Part shown: positions 59,588-64,000 of the stretch, one piece after another
How the letters are laid out: each line of letters opens with the position of its first letter
Numbering within the stretch: the first letter of the stretch is position 1
Assembly (NCBI GenBank): GCA_039799905.1
Contig: JBDLRP010000026.1
Span: 92,298 to 156,297 of the forward strand
DNA from: Pseudomonadota bacterium
Lineage (GTDB): Bacteria > Bdellovibrionota_B > Oligoflexia > Silvanigrellales > Silvanigrellaceae
Direction: 5' to 3'
DNA length: 64,000 nucleotides
Position numbers and translations under genes: made by a program
Notes under the pieces: generated by a model
The model's input: only the letters and a program-made list of their open reading frames with translations
Told to the model about the DNA's origin: nothing
Databases searched by the model: none

Positions 59588-60259
59588 ATGTGGACACTCT
59601 ACCAACATCACAAGGGGATGCATTATCTCCATCTTGGCAAATGCCTCCACTCGGAGTCGACAGAAGCCTTTGAATCCTACCTTGCCCTTTACGACAACCC
59701 GCGCGGCAGGCTGTGGATTCGCCCGAGCGGGATGTTCCACGACAACGGCGGCCCGCGCGGAACCAAGCGTTTTGTAGCGTTCGGCCGGCTGCGCAAGTTG
59801 TCTTTTGATGAATCACACAAGGTGCTTCCCTTTGGCTACGATGCCTGGGGACAAGGAAAGTCGCTTGCGGAATTTGTTGCTTCCTATGAAACCAACAAAA
59901 ACCACCTGCGCGGGCAGCGATACGTTCTAGAATCGCTGGAAGGCGAGATGCTGTCGACACTCAATACACTGCACTTTCGTGACGAGCTGACAGGCTTTGC
60001 TTGGCTCGCCACTCATCCTGAAAAACGCAAGGCGGGACATGCGACTTTGTTGATGCACGCGGTTATTGCGCTGCTGCAGAACGAATCGCCTGACATGAGC
60101 TTTGTTCTGCATTCGGAAATCGGCATCCGTTACTATGAGCGCTTCGGTTTTGAAAAAGCGCCGGTTGAACACCAGCACTTTGAGAAATCAATCGCAATGT
60201 ACTTTGGCAGCCAGCCCCTGCGCGAAGGCGATGAAAAAATCTTCCGAGAATTTTTCTAA
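59588..60259 (+). CDS. DUF1653 + GNAT acetyltransferase fusion
   Basis: YQHHKG..Y..HSES.E..Y.ALY..LWIRP..MF; C-terminal RKAGHAT, YYERFGF. Confidence 0.75.
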   Translation: MWTLYQHHKGMHYLHLGKCLHSESTEAFESYLALYDNPRGRLWIRPSGMFHDNGGPRGTKRFVAFGRLRKLSFDESHKVLPFGYDAWGQGKSLAEFVASYETNKNHLRGQRYVLESLEGEMLSTLNTLHFRDELTGFAWLATHPEKRKAGHATLLMHAVIALLQNESPDMSFVLHSEIGIRYYERFGFEKAPVEHQHFEKSIAMYFGSQPLREGDEKIFREFF

Positions 60260-61203
60260 ACACCCGCCATGTGCGCTATCAGCAGAGCTTTGATTGTGTG
60301 GAGCCGATTTTCGGCTTGATCAAACACTAAGCTCTGTCTTCCTTCGAAGACTGAATGCGAAACTTCGAGTCCCTTGTTGGCCGGAAGGCAGTGCAAGAAT
60401 GCACTGTGAGCAACTCCAGTTGCAGCCATCAGCGTTTCATTCACCTGATAGTTTCGCAGCGCAGAAAGCCGTTCTTCAACATCCGGATTTCCCTCAAAGC
60501 CCATCGAAACCCAAACGTCCGTATACACTGCATCGGCCCCTTGCACCCCACGAAGTGGGTTTTCCTCGAGAGTGACACTGCCGCCAGTTTGACGACAGAC
60601 CTGTTCGGCGAATGAAACTTCCGATTGCGCCGGCAGAAAGCGTGCGGGCGCAGCACAAACAAAATGGGCACCGACAAGAGCGCACGCATGCATCAGCGAA
60701 TAGGCTACGTTGTTTGCAGCATCACCAACGTAGGCGACGCGAAGACCGGCAAGATGACCAAACCGTTCCTGCAGTGTGAGCAAGTCGGCAAGCGCCTGGG
60801 TTGGATGCTCTTCATCGGTCAGTGCGTTGAACACCGGCACGCCGGACATTTCGGCCAGCGTTTCGACTGTTTTTTGCGCATAACCGCGGTAGACGATTCC
60901 ATCATAGAACCGTCCCAGAACACGTGCGGTATCCTCAAGTGATTCCTTTTTTCCGAAATGAATTTCGTTGCCGCCCAGGTAGTCCACCTGAGCGCCTTCA
61001 TCATGACAGGCGACCGAAAATGAACAACGAGTGCGAGTGCTCAGTTTTTCAAACAGCAGCGCAACATTTTTTCTTGCCAGACGCAGCGGAAATTCCCCAC
61101 GCTTCTTTTCCGCCTTAACTTGCGCAGAGAGGGCAAGCAGGTCGCGGAACTCAACCGGCTCAAGTGTACGCAGACTCAGAAACGATTTGCTTTTTCTGTT
61201 CAT
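60256..61203 (-). CDS. argF: Ornithine carbamoyltransferase
   Basis: STRTR, HPTQ, WVSMG, HCLP, QAENR; AAGGA RBS before 61203. Confidence 0.93.
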   Translation of the reverse strand: MNRKSKSFLSLRTLEPVEFRDLLALSAQVKAEKKRGEFPLRLARKNVALLFEKLSTRTRCSFSVACHDEGAQVDYLGGNEIHFGKKESLEDTARVLGRFYDGIVYRGYAQKTVETLAEMSGVPVFNALTDEEHPTQALADLLTLQERFGHLAGLRVAYVGDAANNVAYSLMHACALVGAHFVCAAPARFLPAQSEVSFAEQVCRQTGGSVTLEENPLRGVQGADAVYTDVWVSMGFEGNPDVEERLSALRNYQVNETLMAATGVAHSAFLHCLPANKGLEVSHSVFEGRQSLVFDQAENRLHTIKALLIAHMAGV

Positions 61204-61207
61204 ATTC

Positions 61208-64000
61208 TCAAAATCCTTGCGGCTGCTGTTGTGAGTTTGGTTGTGTGAAAAGCGGCTGCGGAAGCGGCCGAGCATCGGCAGCCTGCGAGGTGAGCGCCAG
61301 TGTCCAAGAATCAAGTGCAAAAACAGACTCGATGAACGGTACTGCACACTGGGTTGTCATTGCACCGATCTCGCCTGCAAGCGCCTTCCATTTACGGCTC
61401 ATCTGCGCATCCGGACAAATGACCATCGAAAGCCGGCCGCCGCGCATGGCCTCTTCTGCAAATGAGCGGACAAGTTGCTCTTGCCGAAGCTCAATAACAG
61501 AGGCCGAGATATCTGCGAGCGAGTGCTGTGAATCCTCAACGCAGAAGACTCGATTTCCAAGCTGTCGCACAAGCTTACGCAGCTGCGTGGCAACGGCGGC
61601 CAGCTGGGCACTTTCGCCGATCACCAAAATATCTCCGCGGGGCAAGAGCTTCCATCCCGCACCAAGGTAAGCTTTTGCGAGTGCTGCACCGGCGGTTTCT
61701 GCAATGCCCATGACCTCGCCGATGGAACGCATCTCGGGTCCGAGGTTGGGTGTCACGCCGGGGAATTTATGGAAAGGAAACACTGGTGCTTTAACAGCAA
61801 ATCGAACAGATTTATTCTCCGCCAGTGGCTGTGATTGCAGAAGATCATCCAGGCATCCGCCGAGAGCAACACGTGCTCCGAGCCACGCGAGTGGAATCCC
61901 CGTTGCCTTTGAGACAAAAGGGACACTGCGTGAACTGCGAGGATTAACCTCGAGGATATAAAGTTCGCCGTCGTGCCAAGCCAGCTGAATGTTGAGCATT
62001 CCGTGCACACCCAATTTGAGCGCTATTTCGCCGCACAGATCGCGGATTTTTTGCTCCAACCACGCCGGAGCGCGCAGGCAGGGAATAATGCTGGTCGAAT
62101 CGCCCGAGTGTATACCGGCTTCTTCGATATGCTCCATCACGGCGGGAATAAAAACACTGCGACCATCACAGACAAGGTCGACATCAAATTCAATTGCCTG
62201 ATCCAAATATTTATCCAGCAGCACCGGATGCCCCTGCGCGGCCTCGATGGCATCCGCCAAGGCTGCCTTCAATTCTGTTTCACTCCGCGCGATTTTCATC
62301 GCACGTCCACCCAGCACATAGGAGGGCCTTACCAGCAATGGATAACCGATGGATTCTGCCTGAGCGAGACAGTCGGCGTATCCAAGTCCGGTTGACCAAG
62401 CGGGCACCTTAAACCCGTGTTTGTTGATGAACGAACCAAACGCGTCGCGGTTTTCAGCAAGCTCAATCACTTCCTGCGGAGTTCCCAGAATGTTGAATCC
62501 AGCTGCAAGAATGTCTTTGGCAAGCTTGAGCGGACTCTGACCGCCGAACTGAACAAAAACACCGAGCGGCTTTTCGGCACGGAGAATGTCAAGCACATCT
62601 TCACAATGAAGCGGTTCAATGAAAAGCTTGTCACTGACAAGGTGATCTGTGCTGACAGTTTCGGGATTGCAATTGACGAGTATCACCTCGTATCCGGCAT
62701 CCTGAGCGGCGCGAACAGCGTGAACGCACGAGTAATCGAATTCAACCCCCTGCCCAATACGGTTGGGCCCGCTGCCGAGAATGACAATTTTGCGCGCTGC
62801 CGATGGAATGTTTTCGTCGTGCTGTTCGAACGTTTTGTAGAAGTAGGGAGTGTGCGCGACAAACTCGGCTGCGCAGGAGTCTACCATCTTGAAGGTCGGC
62901 CTTAATCCGAGCGCGGATGTCCGTGCTTCGAGCTCAGTGGGTTGAATTCCGCTCAACAAAGAAATGCTTTTTTGTGTGAAGCCGTCCTGTTTGGCGCGAA
63001 TCAAAACAGGATCAACAGGATTCTGCAGTTGTGTCTCGAGAGTCGTCAGCTGCCGGAGCTGATCGACAAACCACAACGAAATTCCCGTCCGCTCATGAAT
63101 CATTTCGGGAGTCACACCCAATTGCAGGGCAGACTTCAATGCCGGGAACAACAGTGGTGTCGGCGCCGACAATTTATCCAGAACAAAAGCGATTTTTTCT
63201 TCACGTGACTGGCAGTTCGAGAGGAGAAGACCTTCGCCAGTCTGATTCAGATCGGGCCAGCCCTCGTAACCCAATTCCAGAGATCGCCACGCCTTTTGAA
63301 AGGCATCGCGGAAGGTTCTACCAAAGGCAAGCACCTCGCCGACGGACTTCATCTGAACGCCCAGCGCATCTGAAGCCCCTTTGTATTTTGCAAAATCCCA
63401 GCGTGGAATCTTTACGACCACGTAATCGATAGAAGGTTCAAAGGCCGCCACGGTTGTCTGGGTGATTTCGTTCTTGAGCTCGGCAAGCGTCAGGCCGACA
63501 GCGAGCTGTGCCGCAATGCGTGCAATTGGGTAGCCCGTCGCCTTTGACACCAGCGCGGAGCTGCGCGACACGCGCGGATTCATTTCAACCACTATGATAC
63601 GGCCGGTGAGCGGATGCACGGCAAACTGAATATTTGCGCCGCCGGTTTCCATGCCGACCTTTGCAAAAATCTCTTTGGCAATGTCGCGCAGCTGCTGATA
63701 CTCGCGGTCGGTGAGCGTCATGCACGGCGCGCAAGTAATGCTATCGCCCGTGTGAACACCCATGGGATTGACATTCTCAACCCCGCAGACAACCACAAAG
63801 GTGCCGGCTGAGTCGCGCATCACCTCGAGCTCATACTCTTTCCATCCGACGATGGATTCCTCGATGACCATCTGTGCTGCAGGATTCTGATGAAAAACGC
63901 GATCGATCAGTTCGTTGAACTGTTCGAGACTTCGAACGATTCCACCGCCGGCACCACCCAGTGTAAACGAGGTGCGCACAACCAAAGGAAAGTTGAGTCC
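61208..64000 (-). CDS. carB: Carbamoyl-phosphate synthase large subunit (5' end outside the window)
   Basis: [43 protein letters not shown]. Confidence 0.95.
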   Translation of the reverse strand, partial: GLNFPLVVRTSFTLGGAGGGIVRSLEQFNELIDRVFHQNPAAQMVIEESIVGWKEYELEVMRDSAGTFVVVCGVENVNPMGVHTGDSITCAPCMTLTDREYQQLRDIAKEIFAKVGMETGGANIQFAVHPLTGRIIVVEMNPRVSRSSALVSKATGYPIARIAAQLAVGLTLAELKNEITQTTVAAFEPSIDYVVVKIPRWDFAKYKGASDALGVQMKSVGEVLAFGRTFRDAFQKAWRSLELGYEGWPDLNQTGEGLLLSNCQSREEKIAFVLDKLSAPTPLLFPALKSALQLGVTPEMIHERTGISLWFVDQLRQLTTLETQLQNPVDPVLIRAKQDGFTQKSISLLSGIQPTELEARTSALGLRPTFKMVDSCAAEFVAHTPYFYKTFEQHDENIPSAARKIVILGSGPNRIGQGVEFDYSCVHAVRAAQDAGYEVILVNCNPETVSTDHLVSDKLFIEPLHCEDVLDILRAEKPLGVFVQFGGQSPLKLAKDILAAGFNILGTPQEVIELAENRDAFGSFINKHGFKVPAWSTGLGYADCLAQAESIGYPLLVRPSYVLGGRAMKIARSETELKAALADAIEAAQGHPVLLDKYLDQAIEFDVDLVCDGRSVFIPAVMEHIEEAGIHSGDSTSIIPCLRAPAWLEQKIRDLCGEIALKLGVHGMLNIQLAWHDGELYILEVNPRSSRSVPFVSKATGIPLAWLGARVALGGCLDDLLQSQPLAENKSVRFAVKAPVFPFHKFPGVTPNLGPEMRSIGEVMGIAETAGAALAKAYLGAGWKLLPRGDILVIGESAQLAAVATQLRKLVRQLGNRVFCVEDSQHSLADISASVIELRQEQLVRSFAEEAMRGGRLSMVICPDAQMSRKWKALAGEIGAMTTQCAVPFIESVFALDSWTLALTSQAADARPLPQPLFTQPNSQQQPQGF

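Overview
Gene-dense bacterial chromosomal window. It is rich in predicted lipoproteins, secreted hydrolases and signalling proteins. This gene content, together with sigma-28/sigma-54-type promoters, suggests a Bdellovibrionota/Oligoflexia-like organism (inference only). Main blocks: (1) 854-8769, an operon matching the sulfoquinovose monooxygenase (sulfo-SMO) pathway: SmoC/SquD-like monooxygenase, SmoB/SquF-like aldo-keto reductase, CUT1 ABC SBP and two permeases. Its GH31 glycosidase is of the YicI alpha-xylosidase type rather than the YihQ type, with an Arg at the C6-specificity position, and the operon has no flavin reductase or ATPase. (2) 8909-14927, a signalling module: orphan CheB, hybrid kinase, a DctP + LivJ-type double solute-binding protein fusion, and an Hpt protein. 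(3) 14976-19337, secreted/lipoprotein genes including two CxxCH proteins, DoxX and a candidate structured sRNA with two C-rich loops. (4) 19484-40390, adenylate cyclase, M1 aminopeptidase, DUF6209-subtilase-MalK-GH13 and an oppositely oriented GH15-malE-malF-malG set. (5) 40519-55687, ettA, Lnb/DUF4105, a trypsin-like lipoprotein, a 7TM-SpoIIE phosphatase, a lipoprotein R-S-E ADP-ribosyltransferase, orphan Dam and kynB-LLM-SDR. (6) 55690-64000, ggt, a second cyclase, glutathione peroxidase, DUF1653-GNAT, argF and a partial carB. No rRNA, tRNA, CRISPR array, transposase or integrase was recognised. All family calls come from motif reading and recalled family patterns; no database search was run.
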